Below, piece after piece: positions 43,342-53,391 of a stretch of 64,000 nucleotides of DNA. The notes below the pieces were generated by a model. The model saw only the letters and a list, made by a program, of their open reading frames with translations, was not told where the DNA came from and did not search any database. A program made the translations under genes and the position numbers. Position 1 is the stretch's first letter. The number at the start of each line of letters is the position of its first letter. The stretch is from a virus. The stretch is taken from positions 4,336-68,335 of the IMG/VR virus record IMGVR_UViG_3300020005_000004; one strand, 5' to 3'.

Positions 43342-45801
43342 ATGAAAAGAATACTTTTTTTCATAGCGATTTTATTTTCGCTTAATGCCTTTTCTCAGTC
43401 TACTGTTTTACTGAGGGGAGATACGATTAAAGTTTATAAACAGGGCGGTGACGCTGTCTTGAAGGTAGAAGGGCATTTAATGCTTAAAGATTACAGACAA
43501 GGAAATTCAAACGACTCTGTTCTTACATGGGATGCCACGACAAAGAAAGTCAGAATGATGGATAGAAATAGTTTTGCGGGTGGCAGCACTCCAACACTTC
43601 AACAGGTAACAGGGGCTGATAGTATAACTAATCATAGAATACGAATAGATAATGTGGCAGGTGATCCGGTTATTTATTTACAGAATGCGGGATATGTTGG
43701 AACGATAGACGTACTTAATCCCGCCAATTCTGCCGGAGTTAGTGTTCAAGGGGCAACGGGCTCTGTCCAATTATCAAATGCAGCAGGATTTACTGGAAGA
43801 ATTTCACCAACAGATTTAACCGCTAATCATTATTATGAATTAAGAAACACAGGAAACGGTAACGATACACTTGCAACACTATACGACGTTCGTGCAGGCG
43901 GCGGTGGAGGTGGTACAGGTTCTAATCTTTCATGGGATGCAGCAAATCACCAAGTAGATATTGACGGTGGAGGTACAAGCGCAACTATTCCTTATGCTAC
44001 AACAGCAACAGATGGTTTGATAAGTTCATCAAGTCAAACAATAGATGGTGCTAAAACTTTTAATAATGGTATAGTAGCTCCTTCAATTAGTGATGCATCT
44101 GCATTATTTAATTTACATATTACAGCAGGGCAAGGGGATTTATCATTATCAAATGGTTCTGCTACAGATCATATAAGACCACAGGCATCTTCATCAGGAA
44201 GTAGTAATAGATTACCGAATACAGGGAATGTGGCAGACACACTTGCAACGTTATATGATATTCGGGCTGGTGGCGGTGGCGGCGGTTATACAAACCTCAC
44301 CCAATTTGTAGCACAGAATAACTGGAAAATATTTCATAGCGATGGTAGTGGCGATGTACAGGAACTTTCATTAGGTGCTGCCGGTTCTCCATTTTATTCC
44401 GTAGGCACTTCTTCTACACCGGCATTCTTTGCAGGTGTTACTTACGCCACAAGCGGGACAAACGTAAAAATAACAACACAGAACACTACTGATGTAGGAT
44501 TAGAAATAAAATTAGCATCTTCTCAAACAGCTAACGCTTTAAATATTTCATCGAGTAGTGGAACAGGCGATTTGGCAATTATTGACGCAGCAGGTGCATC
44601 AAGATTTACAAGTGAAATAATTGGTACGGCATCGGCAAGAAAAATAGAACTATTCGCTAACGGGGAGGCGTTGTTTACAAGCGATGCAACTGCTTCTATT
44701 TACGATCCCGATGCCTTTGATAATACAACTCAAATTTACGGCAGTGGCAATGCAAGGCTTCTTGTTTCTAGCGGAAGCGGATATGACCATAGTTTAGTAG
44801 CTGTCACTGGTAATTTATTTGGAGTTTATTCAGGATTTGTAGATGGAGGCGGAATAGGAATGGAAACTAATAACGCATTAAATTTAATTACAAACAAAGT
44901 TACACGGTTAACCATAACCTCAGCAGGGGCAATTACTGTTCCAGAACAAGCGGCTTCGGCAACTCCGGGTGCTAATAATGTAACCATCTATCCTAAATCA
45001 GACGGTCTTTGGTATGGCAAAGATGATGCAGGGGTAGAAACTAAATTGAGTAATGATGCGGGCGGTACTCCAACATTCCAACAAGTATTAACAGCAGGTA
45101 GCACGTTAAGCGGAAGCAATACAGTAAATATAAATACATCAGATTTTACATTTGACGGAACAACCGGAGGCCTTAGAGCTATAACTTCAAATTCAATTCC
45201 TATTACAGCAAGGTACAGCGCAGCTTCCACAAATACGATAGCTACTGTATTATCTGTACAAAGATTTACAAGCGGGTCTGCTGCTTCTGGAATAGGAAGC
45301 AGAATTGAATTTCCGACATCAAACTCTTCTGGGGTTGTTAACGGGACGGAAATAATTTCAAAACTTACTGCTGTAACAGCCACCGCCGAAACATCTCAAA
45401 CTTTAATAACAGGAGTTTCTAAGGGTGTTATAGATACAACTATGGCATTAGGTGGTTATGTTACTTTAACTGAATCATCGGCTACAAAATTTACATCAAC
45501 AACAATAGCATCAGGAAAAATTCAAGGCGGTTCAATATTGATTACGATTGAATCAAATGATGCAACAGATTACCAAAGCAGAACATTAAGATTTATTTGG
45601 AGTGCGGTTAATAAGGCCGGGACACTTACAATAACATTAAGCACACCTGAAGAAGTGGTTGCTTTATCTTCTGGAACGCTTACTTGTACGATCACGGCAG
45701 TAGATGCAGGAAGCGGAGTTTTAGATTTTAAGGCTAATGCGGTTAGTTCGTTAACACAAACAACATTAAGAGCAACTTATCAAACGTTTAAAAATTTCTA
45801 A
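43342..45801 (+). CDS. Tail fibre-like protein with signal-peptide-like N-terminus
   Basis: Gly/Ser/Thr-rich; PT(L/F)QQV x2 and DTLATLYD.RAGGGGGG x2. Confidence 0.75.
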   Translation: MKRILFFIAILFSLNAFSQSTVLLRGDTIKVYKQGGDAVLKVEGHLMLKDYRQGNSNDSVLTWDATTKKVRMMDRNSFAGGSTPTLQQVTGADSITNHRIRIDNVAGDPVIYLQNAGYVGTIDVLNPANSAGVSVQGATGSVQLSNAAGFTGRISPTDLTANHYYELRNTGNGNDTLATLYDVRAGGGGGGTGSNLSWDAANHQVDIDGGGTSATIPYATTATDGLISSSSQTIDGAKTFNNGIVAPSISDASALFNLHITAGQGDLSLSNGSATDHIRPQASSSGSSNRLPNTGNVADTLATLYDIRAGGGGGGYTNLTQFVAQNNWKIFHSDGSGDVQELSLGAAGSPFYSVGTSSTPAFFAGVTYATSGTNVKITTQNTTDVGLEIKLASSQTANALNISSSSGTGDLAIIDAAGASRFTSEIIGTASARKIELFANGEALFTSDATASIYDPDAFDNTTQIYGSGNARLLVSSGSGYDHSLVAVTGNLFGVYSGFVDGGGIGMETNNALNLITNKVTRLTITSAGAITVPEQAASATPGANNVTIYPKSDGLWYGKDDAGVETKLSNDAGGTPTFQQVLTAGSTLSGSNTVNINTSDFTFDGTTGGLRAITSNSIPITARYSAASTNTIATVLSVQRFTSGSAASGIGSRIEFPTSNSSGVVNGTEIISKLTAVTATAETSQTLITGVSKGVIDTTMALGGYVTLTESSATKFTSTTIASGKIQGGSILITIESNDATDYQSRTLRFIWSAVNKAGTLTITLSTPEEVVALSSGTLTCTITAVDAGSGVLDFKANAVSSLTQTTLRATYQTFKNF

Positions 45802-45803
45802 TA

Positions 45804-46238
45804 ATGAAATATATATTCATATTAATAACAGGGCTTTTTTTATCAGCTATTATTTACGCTCAAAACATAGATACAGTTTATGTTCGTAATCTTCAATTAA
45901 AATACGAAGAATGGAGCTGGATCGCAGGTGGAATAAATCCACAAGGTTTAGATTCTGTTAATAAGAAACGATACAAAAAGTTGATAAAGTTTTTAGACAA
46001 TGCTAATCCTGCTGGCTTTGCAACTAATGTTACTTATGATTCTTTACCAGGAAGATTTGCAATGTTCGCTTTTCAGGAATACTGGAGCCACCATGAAGCT
46101 AGAGACAATATGGGAACTGGTATAGATACTAAATTAAGGTTATACACTCCTTTATCAAGTTTCATTGCTGCGGCAGATGCGGCAAGGTTATCTTTATTTA
46201 TAAACAGAAGAAATGCGGGGCGAGATGCCATAGAATAA
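45804..46238 (+). CDS. Exported hypothetical protein
   Basis: Signal peptide ending IYA-Q. Confidence 0.6.
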   Translation: MKYIFILITGLFLSAIIYAQNIDTVYVRNLQLKYEEWSWIAGGINPQGLDSVNKKRYKKLIKFLDNANPAGFATNVTYDSLPGRFAMFAFQEYWSHHEARDNMGTGIDTKLRLYTPLSSFIAAADAARLSLFINRRNAGRDAIE

Positions 46239-46259
46239 AAACATTTAAAAATAAAATAT

Positions 46260-46562
46260 ATGGTAAAAGTAAAACCTCCGAAACCGCCTCATGGCACACC
46301 TCCGAACACTATTCCTGCTCCAGAAGGATTAATTGCTACTATTAAATCAGATGGCGTTCTTCTTCAATGGTACAGCGTTCCACTTGCAACAACTTACTGG
46401 ATTTCCAGAAGTGACAGAGAAGCATTAGGTGAAAAAGCTATTGCAATCATTACACAAACAATTTTTACGGATCACTTTCCTGTTGCTGGAACTACTTATA
46501 AAGTTGCTGCAGTTGTTGGTGATACACTTGGAAACTTTTCAGCTTCTGTAACTCCTATATAA
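46260..46562 (+). CDS. Small Fn3-like protein with Pro-rich N-terminus
   Basis: Paralog of 23..244. Confidence 0.75.
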   Translation: MVKVKPPKPPHGTPPNTIPAPEGLIATIKSDGVLLQWYSVPLATTYWISRSDREALGEKAIAIITQTIFTDHFPVAGTTYKVAAVVGDTLGNFSASVTPI

Positions 46563-46783
46563 TGTCAGATGCAGTATTAATAGTAGTTGTACCCTCAGCA
46601 ATAACCACTATTGGGTTAATTGTTGTAGCTTACTTAAATACTAGGCAGAACAAAAAAATTTCAGAAAAGGTTGATGGATATCATAAAGAGGTGAATGGGA
46701 AAATGGGTGAGTTGTTAACGACAACAAAAGCACTAGGTAACGCAGAAGGAAAAGCACAAGAAAAAGCGAAAGGTAAAAAATAA
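46562..46783 (+). CDS. Single-TM holin-like protein (copy B only)
   Basis: N-terminal TM, H.EVNG.M motif; inserted with TAATG coupling on both sides. Confidence 0.6.
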   Translation: MSDAVLIVVVPSAITTIGLIVVAYLNTRQNKKISEKVDGYHKEVNGKMGELLTTTKALGNAEGKAQEKAKGKK

Positions 46784-47070
46784 TGGGAGCGAAATTTGAT
46801 GCACTTTTTAAGGCGTTTAAAGACAATCCTACTGCTGCAATTATGACGTTGCTAGTAATTGGCATTTCTGTTATGTTTACTATTAATCAAAGAACAAACG
46901 AAAATATTAAAGATGATTTGAAGAAGGCGAACAAAGATTGTGCAACGGCAAATTTTGTTCAGGGTGTTGAAATGAAACAATTGAGAAGTCAGAATGTTGA
47001 AACGTTTGGATTATTGAAAGAATTACAGGGACAATTTAAAATTTTGAAAGACTTAGGTAAAATACAATGA
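46783..47070 (+). CDS. Membrane-anchored coiled-coil protein
   Basis: Paralog of 244..534. Confidence 0.7.
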   Translation: MGAKFDALFKAFKDNPTAAIMTLLVIGISVMFTINQRTNENIKDDLKKANKDCATANFVQGVEMKQLRSQNVETFGLLKELQGQFKILKDLGKIQ

Positions 47071-47810
47071 AAATAATTATACCGTTTTTGATTTTTTTAG
47101 CTTCCTGTGGTGCGAATAATTCTAACTCTACGAAAACTCATAAACCATCTACAGTCGATTCGCTTATTAAAACATCAGACAGCGTTAACGATGCTCTCAG
47201 GGATATGAAATCAGACATGGCGCAAGCTATAAGTTTCGCAAAGAAGATAGTTAGTTTAAAGAAAGAAAAGGATATGTATGAGCAGCCTGTTTTAGCAGAT
47301 AAATATTCAGATGCTTACTATCTTCCTTCGGATGAGAAAGATAAAAAGATTCGTGAATTAACTGAACAGATATTACAATACGAAAGGGAAATATCAAGAC
47401 TTAAAAAACGTATCGAAGCAGACAGTTTAATTAAGTTCGGAAAGGTAAAGCCGATGCCTGATTATATAGAATCTGACCCTCCAAAACCCGATGGAAAGAG
47501 TTTAATCGTTAACTTAGACAAGAGAATGAGGGGCGATGGTGATATTTCAGATAGCGCAGCAAGTGTTTATATAATCCCGTATAGTAAGAAGATTAAAAAA
47601 TATATGCGGTATGACATATACTGCGCAGGGGTTGATCTATCGAATGCTAAACAGGCTTATTATTATGGAGGATTGTATTTTTTTAATGATGTTCCTCCTG
47701 GTGAATACTTGATAAAAGTTTGTGCTTATTATGGCAACTATAAAAAAATTAAAAGAGAAACCGATGGCTATCAAATGGTGACTATGCAAATGTCTCCACC
47801 TATTCAATAA
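47067..47810 (+). CDS. Lipoprotein
   Basis: Lipobox LASC; paralog of 531..1289. Confidence 0.75.
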   Translation: MKIIIPFLIFLASCGANNSNSTKTHKPSTVDSLIKTSDSVNDALRDMKSDMAQAISFAKKIVSLKKEKDMYEQPVLADKYSDAYYLPSDEKDKKIRELTEQILQYEREISRLKKRIEADSLIKFGKVKPMPDYIESDPPKPDGKSLIVNLDKRMRGDGDISDSAASVYIIPYSKKIKKYMRYDIYCAGVDLSNAKQAYYYGGLYFFNDVPPGEYLIKVCAYYGNYKKIKRETDGYQMVTMQMSPPIQ

Positions 47811-47824
47811 TTAAAAACAAATGT

Positions 47825-48118
47825 ATGAGTACAACTACAACAACATCGAAACAATTCACTCTTAATCTTAATGACTTTTGGAAAGGCTTGATCATGGCAG
47901 TTGGTGGCGCAGTATTTCAGATCATAGTTGATACTATTAATTCAGGTACTTTGACTTTTGACTGGAACGCTATCTGGAAAACAGCGTTAGGTGCAGCAGT
48001 TGTTTATTTGGGTAAAAACTTTTTTACATCTTCAGCTATCGTTGTAAAAGATGTTCCAAAAGAAACAGTTGAAGCAGTTAAAGAGGGTGATGCAAAAGTT
48101 ACTGTTACTAAGCAATGA
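47825..48118 (+). CDS. Putative holin
   Basis: Two TM helices; paralog of 1301..1591. Confidence 0.6.
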   Translation: MSTTTTTSKQFTLNLNDFWKGLIMAVGGAVFQIIVDTINSGTLTFDWNAIWKTALGAAVVYLGKNFFTSSAIVVKDVPKETVEAVKEGDAKVTVTKQ

Positions 48119-48639
48119 AGAAATGGGCATTCATATTATGTTTTGGATTCTTAGCCTGTAATGTAGAGAACAGGCAAAAGATTAAAGCACAACTTTACCT
48201 TTTAAAACATCCTGAATTTTCTGCGGGTTATTGCGCTGAACAATTCTCTGATAAACCGGATTCGGTAATAGTAAAAACCGATACTGTAACTGAGATTCAG
48301 TTTATGGATTCGATAGTTTTTGATACGGATACTCTTTTCAGGGATTCATTAGGTTTTAAATACAGGACAATTACAAAGATCGTAACCAAAACTATCAGGA
48401 AAGATTCGATCATTTATCGGGAGAACAGAGCCGAACAGGAACGATTGCAATTAGCCTTACTTGAATGCCAAAAGACAACGGCTGCTTTAGTTCAAAAAAA
48501 TACAGTCTTAGAACAAGATAGAAACGAATGGAAAGGGAAGGCAAGAAAAAGAGGCTGGATGTTTTTGGGTTTAATATTCTTGGTTGTAGGTGCTGTCGGA
48601 ATGAGACTATATTTAAAAAGTAAATCAATTATAATATGA
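48115..48639 (+). CDS. Putative unimolecular spanin-like lipoprotein
   Basis: Lipobox FLAC plus C-terminal TM. Confidence 0.6.
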   Translation: MKKWAFILCFGFLACNVENRQKIKAQLYLLKHPEFSAGYCAEQFSDKPDSVIVKTDTVTEIQFMDSIVFDTDTLFRDSLGFKYRTITKIVTKTIRKDSIIYRENRAEQERLQLALLECQKTTAALVQKNTVLEQDRNEWKGKARKRGWMFLGLIFLVVGAVGMRLYLKSKSIII

Positions 48640-49514
48640 AAAAACTAGTCCCTATAATTATAGCCGTGTTTCTTGCCGGTTGTAATGGTCAGCCAAAAGA
48701 TGACCGAGTGCCGAGAGAAGATACTACAGTTACGCCAATAGATACTACAATAATTGAAGACGGGATTTCGCCGGTAGCATCAAACGTTACCGCTAAAGCT
48801 AAACCACAAAAGAAAGAAAAAATAACTTGCTCATTCGGGTTTAAAAAACTGAACAACAGGAAACGACCAATTGAAGAAGCTCCAGGAGGGAAGAAAGGTA
48901 AGCCTGTTAAACCCGGAACCGAACCACCCCTTCCTCCTCAGCCTCCTACAATTTCAAACAATGTTATTTATATAAACTATTTCGGGAAAGATATTCCTCC
49001 TACCATGTGGAGCATAACGCCATTTACTGTTGGTGATGCTGGATTAGCACAGCCTGAAATCGACTACATAACAACAGCCGTAGCGGCACATTTCCCTGAT
49101 TATAATATAAGGATCACACAAGACAAAGCTATTTTTGATGCTGCTCCTATTGGTCACAGAATCGAAGTAGTAGTTACCGAAGATTACCAATGGTACGGAA
49201 GTGCAGGAGGAGTTGCTTACTTAAATTCTTTCACTTGGTCGGATGGATCACCCGCTTTTGTTTTTAGCACTCTGTTAAGTTACAATTCACATTACATCGC
49301 TGAAGCTATTGCACATGAAGCGGGTCATACACTTGGTTTAAGACATCAGTCAGAATGCGTAAACGGTGTTAAAACTGTTGAATATTCTTACGGTAAAACA
49401 ATGGGTAATAGCTATGGGTCATATCCACAAGGTGCTTGGGTTATAGGAGTAAATCCTTTTTGTGCAACACAGGATGACAATGCTTTATTAACAGCAGCAG
49501 TTGGGAGGAAATAA
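48636..49514 (+). CDS. Lipoprotein zinc metallopeptidase (metzincin-like), copy B only
   Basis: Lipobox LAGC; HEAGHTLGLRH; downstream Met-turn-like TMG. Confidence 0.85.
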   Translation: MKKLVPIIIAVFLAGCNGQPKDDRVPREDTTVTPIDTTIIEDGISPVASNVTAKAKPQKKEKITCSFGFKKLNNRKRPIEEAPGGKKGKPVKPGTEPPLPPQPPTISNNVIYINYFGKDIPPTMWSITPFTVGDAGLAQPEIDYITTAVAAHFPDYNIRITQDKAIFDAAPIGHRIEVVVTEDYQWYGSAGGVAYLNSFTWSDGSPAFVFSTLLSYNSHYIAEAIAHEAGHTLGLRHQSECVNGVKTVEYSYGKTMGNSYGSYPQGAWVIGVNPFCATQDDNALLTAAVGRK

Positions 49515-49707
49515 TATGAAATCAGGAGATTGGGTTTTAATAATGTTAGCCTTTTGCGTTACCGCTTCAATACTGATTACGGTTGCAGGGATAGTATTTA
49601 AGGGTAAAGAGGCAAATGAACATTCTGTGGTGATAAGGACGGCTTTGATTGATCTTCTTAAAGTAATTGTCGGTGGTGTCATCGGCGCAATAAGTTCACA
49701 TTTATGA
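49501..49707 (+). CDS. Small two-TM protein
   Basis: Counterpart of 2106..2339; true start probably ATG at 49516. Confidence 0.55.
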   Translation: MGGNNMKSGDWVLIMLAFCVTASILITVAGIVFKGKEANEHSVVIRTALIDLLKVIVGGVIGAISSHL

Positions 49708-50273
49708 TAACAGAAAAAGCCTTTAACGATTCTGCTGCACTTTTAGGAGTAGAGCCAGCAGTCATAAAAGCGGTTGCAGAGGTAGAAAGCTCCGGTGATG
49801 GGTTTCTTTCTTCAGGACATCCTAAAATCCTTTTTGAGCCGCACGTCTTTTGGGCAGAACTAAAAAAGCGTAGAATTGACCCCAAAACGATCACAGGGGC
49901 TTCAGACATACTTTATGAGAAATGGACAACAGGAAAGTACGGTAAAACTTCAGCCCAGCCTGAACGCTTAAAACGGGCAATAGCGATAAACAAAGAAGCG
50001 GCTTTAAGTTCGGCAAGTTGGGGCAAGTTTCAAATAATGGGGTATAACTACGGACTTGCAGGATTTGCAGATGTTGATTCTTTTGTTGCAGCTATGCACA
50101 TTGACGAGGATCAGCACCTTCATGCCTTTGTAAACTTCGTTAAGAATAAGAATTTAGTTCAATACCTGGTAACTAAAAACTGGCCTAAGTTTGCTGAAGG
50201 ATTTAACGGATCTGGGTATAAGCAGAATAAGTATGATGAGAAACTGGCGGCTGCTTATAATAAGTTTTCCTGA
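49704..50273 (+). CDS. Endolysin, N-acetylmuramidase (DUF3380 family)
   Basis: Highly similar to 2559..3137. Confidence 0.9.
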   Translation: MITEKAFNDSAALLGVEPAVIKAVAEVESSGDGFLSSGHPKILFEPHVFWAELKKRRIDPKTITGASDILYEKWTTGKYGKTSAQPERLKRAIAINKEAALSSASWGKFQIMGYNYGLAGFADVDSFVAAMHIDEDQHLHAFVNFVKNKNLVQYLVTKNWPKFAEGFNGSGYKQNKYDEKLAAAYNKFS

Positions 50274-50296
50274 TCATGTGTTCCTCCTTTGGGGTT

Positions 50297-50854
50297 TTAT
50301 AGATTGGATAAAATATTTAACGCTTCTTTTATTAAGATTAACGGATTGCCGTCAGGATGAAACCCGCCAACTTTGTTTACAAATCCTTTCAGCCTTTCAT
50401 TCTCGGCTTTTAGTTCCTCTATTTGTTTTGATTGTTGAAATTTATCTGCGTCTGCATCAAGCAATATTTGGGCATTATAAGATTTTAATTCTACACACTC
50501 CTTCTCTTTCTCATTTAAGGATGATTGGAGGGAGGTGATTTTATCAAAAATTGCATCGTATAACGGTTGACATGGTTCGCCAATATCATTCCTGCTAAAA
50601 ATAAGTTCCCGTACTTTATCGGTTTGTTCACGGTAAAATTCAACTTTCGTTTTATACAACGCCAATTCCTTCTCCAATTCTTCCCGCCCATCGGTTGCAA
50701 GTTGGCGCATTTCATCCCACATTACTATCTCTCCTGCCATGTAGATAGATTTTAAACGTGGCTCGTTTTCAGCAATAAGGTAATCTCTTACTTCTTTAGC
50801 GGCCTGTAATTGTTCTTCTGAAAAATTGTTTCTCTCTTTCGGTATAGTTGACAT
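50297..50854 (-). CDS. Mosaic early protein
   Basis: Carries anchor motifs of both 3715..4005 and 3304..3711. Confidence 0.7.
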   Translation of the reverse strand: MSTIPKERNNFSEEQLQAAKEVRDYLIAENEPRLKSIYMAGEIVMWDEMRQLATDGREELEKELALYKTKVEFYREQTDKVRELIFSRNDIGEPCQPLYDAIFDKITSLQSSLNEKEKECVELKSYNAQILLDADADKFQQSKQIEELKAENERLKGFVNKVGGFHPDGNPLILIKEALNILSNL

Positions 50855-50876
50855 TGTTTTTATTTTTGGTTTGAGG

Positions 50877-51086
50877 TTAAAGAGATTTTAATAATTCTTC
50901 TTTACTGCTAAACATTTTTTCGATGTTGTTTGCGATTCTGTTTTGGTCAATGGTTATATTGTAAGATTCGTAACTTGATGTACTATCACTAAATGTTTTA
51001 ATAGCATTTACTTTTCCCGTTTCGACTTTGTTGCTAAACAAAAACCAAACAATATCGCCAACATTATATTTCGTTTCTACCTTCAT
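50877..51086 (-). CDS. Small hypothetical protein
   Basis: ETKYNVGDIVW...F.SKEELLKSL pattern common in Bacteroidota phages. Confidence 0.65.
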   Translation of the reverse strand: MKVETKYNVGDIVWFLFSNKVETGKVNAIKTFSDSTSSYESYNITIDQNRIANNIEKMFSSKEELLKSL

Positions 51087-51134
51087 AATTTTTATTTTTT
51101 ATCCCCCAAGGGTTTTGTTTAATTTGTTTGTCAG

Positions 51135-51440
51135 CTAAGCAGCCGTTTTTAATTTTCGTTTCCTTCTGTTATTGGATTGTTCTTTTGGAGTTGACCACTT
51201 ACAATTACGCTTTGAATAGTTGCCATCATTTTTAATCCTGTCCAGAGACTTTCCTTCCGGTCTTTCGCCCATGTCAGCAAAGAAGTTCAAAAAGGATTTT
51301 AGCCATCTCTTACAAACAGAAATTCCCCTTGCTCCATAGTCTTTATACTTTGGGTCTTTAGGATTATAGCATCTTCTTTTCATGTGATCCCAAGAGTTCC
51401 ATTCTCTTGACTTCCATTTACCGTGTGTTGTTTTTGGCAT
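51135..51440 (-). CDS. HNH-family endonuclease
   Basis: MKRRC, YGARGI.VC.RW, SLDRI.NDGNY...NC.W. Confidence 0.85.
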   Translation of the reverse strand: MPKTTHGKWKSREWNSWDHMKRRCYNPKDPKYKDYGARGISVCKRWLKSFLNFFADMGERPEGKSLDRIKNDGNYSKRNCKWSTPKEQSNNRRKRKLKTAA

Positions 51441-51505
51441 CTTTATTTTTTTTATTTACTTCCTACTGCTCAATAATTCCCCCCGTCTAAAGACGGAAGC
51501 GGTGA

Positions 51506-51694
51506 TTAAGTGTTTTTTATAATAAATTCATTCCAATCTTTTTCAGACGCACACATCATTAAGGTTGGTATCATTTTAACGTCTCCTTTTTCGTACCAAA
51601 CAGATGTTTCGCTGACTTTAAAAACAAAGCCAATACTTTCTAATTGACTTGCTCTTTCGTTTATTATTTGTTCTTCTGATGTCATGGTTAACAT
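51506..51694 (-). CDS. Hypothetical protein flanked by direct repeats
   Basis: Lies between AAGACGGAAGCGGT copies at 51490 and 51706. Confidence 0.6.
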   Translation of the reverse strand: MLTMTSEEQIINERASQLESIGFVFKVSETSVWYEKGDVKMIPTLMMCASEKDWNEFIIKNT

Positions 51695-51728
51695 TTTTAT
51701 TTTTTAAGACGGAAGCGGTTAGAGATTG

Positions 51729-52097
51729 TTAAGATTGTCTTCTATTTTGCGCTGCTCTTAATTTTTCCAGATACTCGTCGGCATTCGTTTCGTATGTTGC
51801 TAACAACCCCTTCAATCTTTCAACTTCCTTTTTCAACTCCTCACAGTCTCGGTCACCTGTGGGGGAGGGGGTTTGGGATTTATCCATTAGTTTATTAAAC
51901 CGGCTATTGCATTGTTCAAATAACGACATCCAATAATTTATTTCTTTCAAAATATCATTTGGTAAAAGCAAATCAACGCCGATACAACCAATACAAGTAG
52001 TGTTTGCTTTATTATGCGCAGCGCCGTCATCTCCTATATGGTAAGCATATACAAATCGTTTTCTTATTTTGTCAAAGCATATTATTTTATTTGCCAT
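51729..52097 (-). CDS. Mosaic early protein
   Basis: PSPTGDRDCEELKKEVERLKGL shared with 4311..5216. Confidence 0.65.
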   Translation of the reverse strand: MANKIICFDKIRKRFVYAYHIGDDGAAHNKANTTCIGCIGVDLLLPNDILKEINYWMSLFEQCNSRFNKLMDKSQTPSPTGDRDCEELKKEVERLKGLLATYETNADEYLEKLRAAQNRRQS

Positions 52098-52155
52098 AAT
52101 TATTCTTTTATTAAAAGTAAGTGTGAATATTGTTTATACGATTATTATTTCTTCC

Positions 52156-52695
52156 TTACTCATTTACTTTCTGTTTTTGGTTTTGATAGATGGTGTATAG
52201 TTGCTCGGTTGTGTAGTGATAATCAAGTTGTATATTTTTGCCATCGCAATAGTCGTCATTGAAGCATTCCCAAATATTATTAAGAGCAAGCATTTTAAAT
52301 CCATTGCCTACCCAATCCGCAAATCCAATAGCATCTGAAGAAGTAGCACAGGGTTCTATGGATTCTGATAGCCATTCAATTTTATCAAAGTCTTTTTTAT
52401 AGATATAGTAATCTTCAAAAGCCCCGCAGCCATTCACCCAAAAAACTATTTCTCCTTCATTACTAATATCACAAAAATTTCCATTAACCTTATCGAACCC
52501 GTTTAGTCTAAAATGATAATTTGGGCTGTCTGATTCAGGCAATAGTTCACTTGCTTTCACCCATCTGCATCCCTGCCTATTGAGGGAGGCGTATTCGGTC
52601 ATAGCTGCGATAACATCATCACGGTGATAGTAGCTATCTTCGCTCCATTTTGATTTGTGCTTTTTCAGCACATCCTCTGGCATTATTTCCTTCAT
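52156..52695 (-). CDS. Mosaic early protein with DUF551-like segment
   Basis: ASLNRQGCRWVK and IEPCATSS anchors. Confidence 0.7.
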   Translation of the reverse strand: MKEIMPEDVLKKHKSKWSEDSYYHRDDVIAAMTEYASLNRQGCRWVKASELLPESDSPNYHFRLNGFDKVNGNFCDISNEGEIVFWVNGCGAFEDYYIYKKDFDKIEWLSESIEPCATSSDAIGFADWVGNGFKMLALNNIWECFNDDYCDGKNIQLDYHYTTEQLYTIYQNQKQKVNE

Positions 52696-52698
52696 TGC

Positions 52699-53082
52699 TT
52701 AATTATTTTCATTGTAATCTTTAATAAATTCTACTACTGCGTTATATGTAGCTTCAATTAAAGTGGCTGCGCTAAATAATGTATTGGCATTGAATCTTAC
52801 CATGTAATTACCTTCGCTATCTCTCATACCAAAAGTTCTCGGATAAGCGCAATCCTCCCATTCATTAGCATCATCAGGCTTTATGCCGCCCCAATAATCA
52901 GGATAATGAATATTTGAAATCTTTTCTACCACAGGCATAAGCCAATCCCATGAGTAATGATAACGTGCCTCTTTGAAATTAACCTTTGTAACTGGATGCC
53001 CGAATGGATATTTTTCACCCTTTATTAGATAAAGTTCCATAAACTCTGCAATCAATTTATTTCCTTCAATAGTAGGTGTCAT
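52699..53082 (-). CDS. Conserved phage hypothetical protein
   Basis: NKLIAEFM, YH.SWDWLMPVVEKI, Y.AVVEFI. Confidence 0.75.
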   Translation of the reverse strand: MTPTIEGNKLIAEFMELYLIKGEKYPFGHPVTKVNFKEARYHYSWDWLMPVVEKISNIHYPDYWGGIKPDDANEWEDCAYPRTFGMRDSEGNYMVRFNANTLFSAATLIEATYNAVVEFIKDYNENN

Positions 53083-53088
53083 AGTCTT

Positions 53089-53370
53089 TTATTGTTTGTA
53101 GGTTTGGGTGAAATATTGGTTGCCATCTTGCTTTTCGGGTCTGCCTTCAACAGGTGTATCAATTTGCCCTTGACAATAAGCATCTACTATCTGGGTCTTT
53201 TCTTTTTCTAAAAGCGATTTGGCTACTTTTTTTACATCGGTAATTGCTGTATCAGCTTCACTATTATATGTGCCTTCAACTAATTCCATGCTTTCGATAA
53301 GAATTTGCATTGCTGTCTTAGTAGGTTTGTCTTGTGTCATATATTTAGTTTTAAAAAGGGGATCGGCCAA
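53089..53370 (-). CDS. Hypothetical protein
   Basis: KTAMQ.LI, LEKEK.QI.DAY motifs; true start probably MTQDKP. Confidence 0.65.
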   Translation of the reverse strand: MADPLFKTKYMTQDKPTKTAMQILIESMELVEGTYNSEADTAITDVKKVAKSLLEKEKTQIVDAYCQGQIDTPVEGRPEKQDGNQYFTQTYKQ

Positions 53371-53391
53371 ACCAAATCCCCTGCTACCAAC

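Noticed and set aside
43342-45801. Diversity-generating retroelement or shufflon acting on the fibre
   Set aside because: No reverse transcriptase or invertase, no adenine-specific TR/VR pair, and repeats are direct rather than inverted
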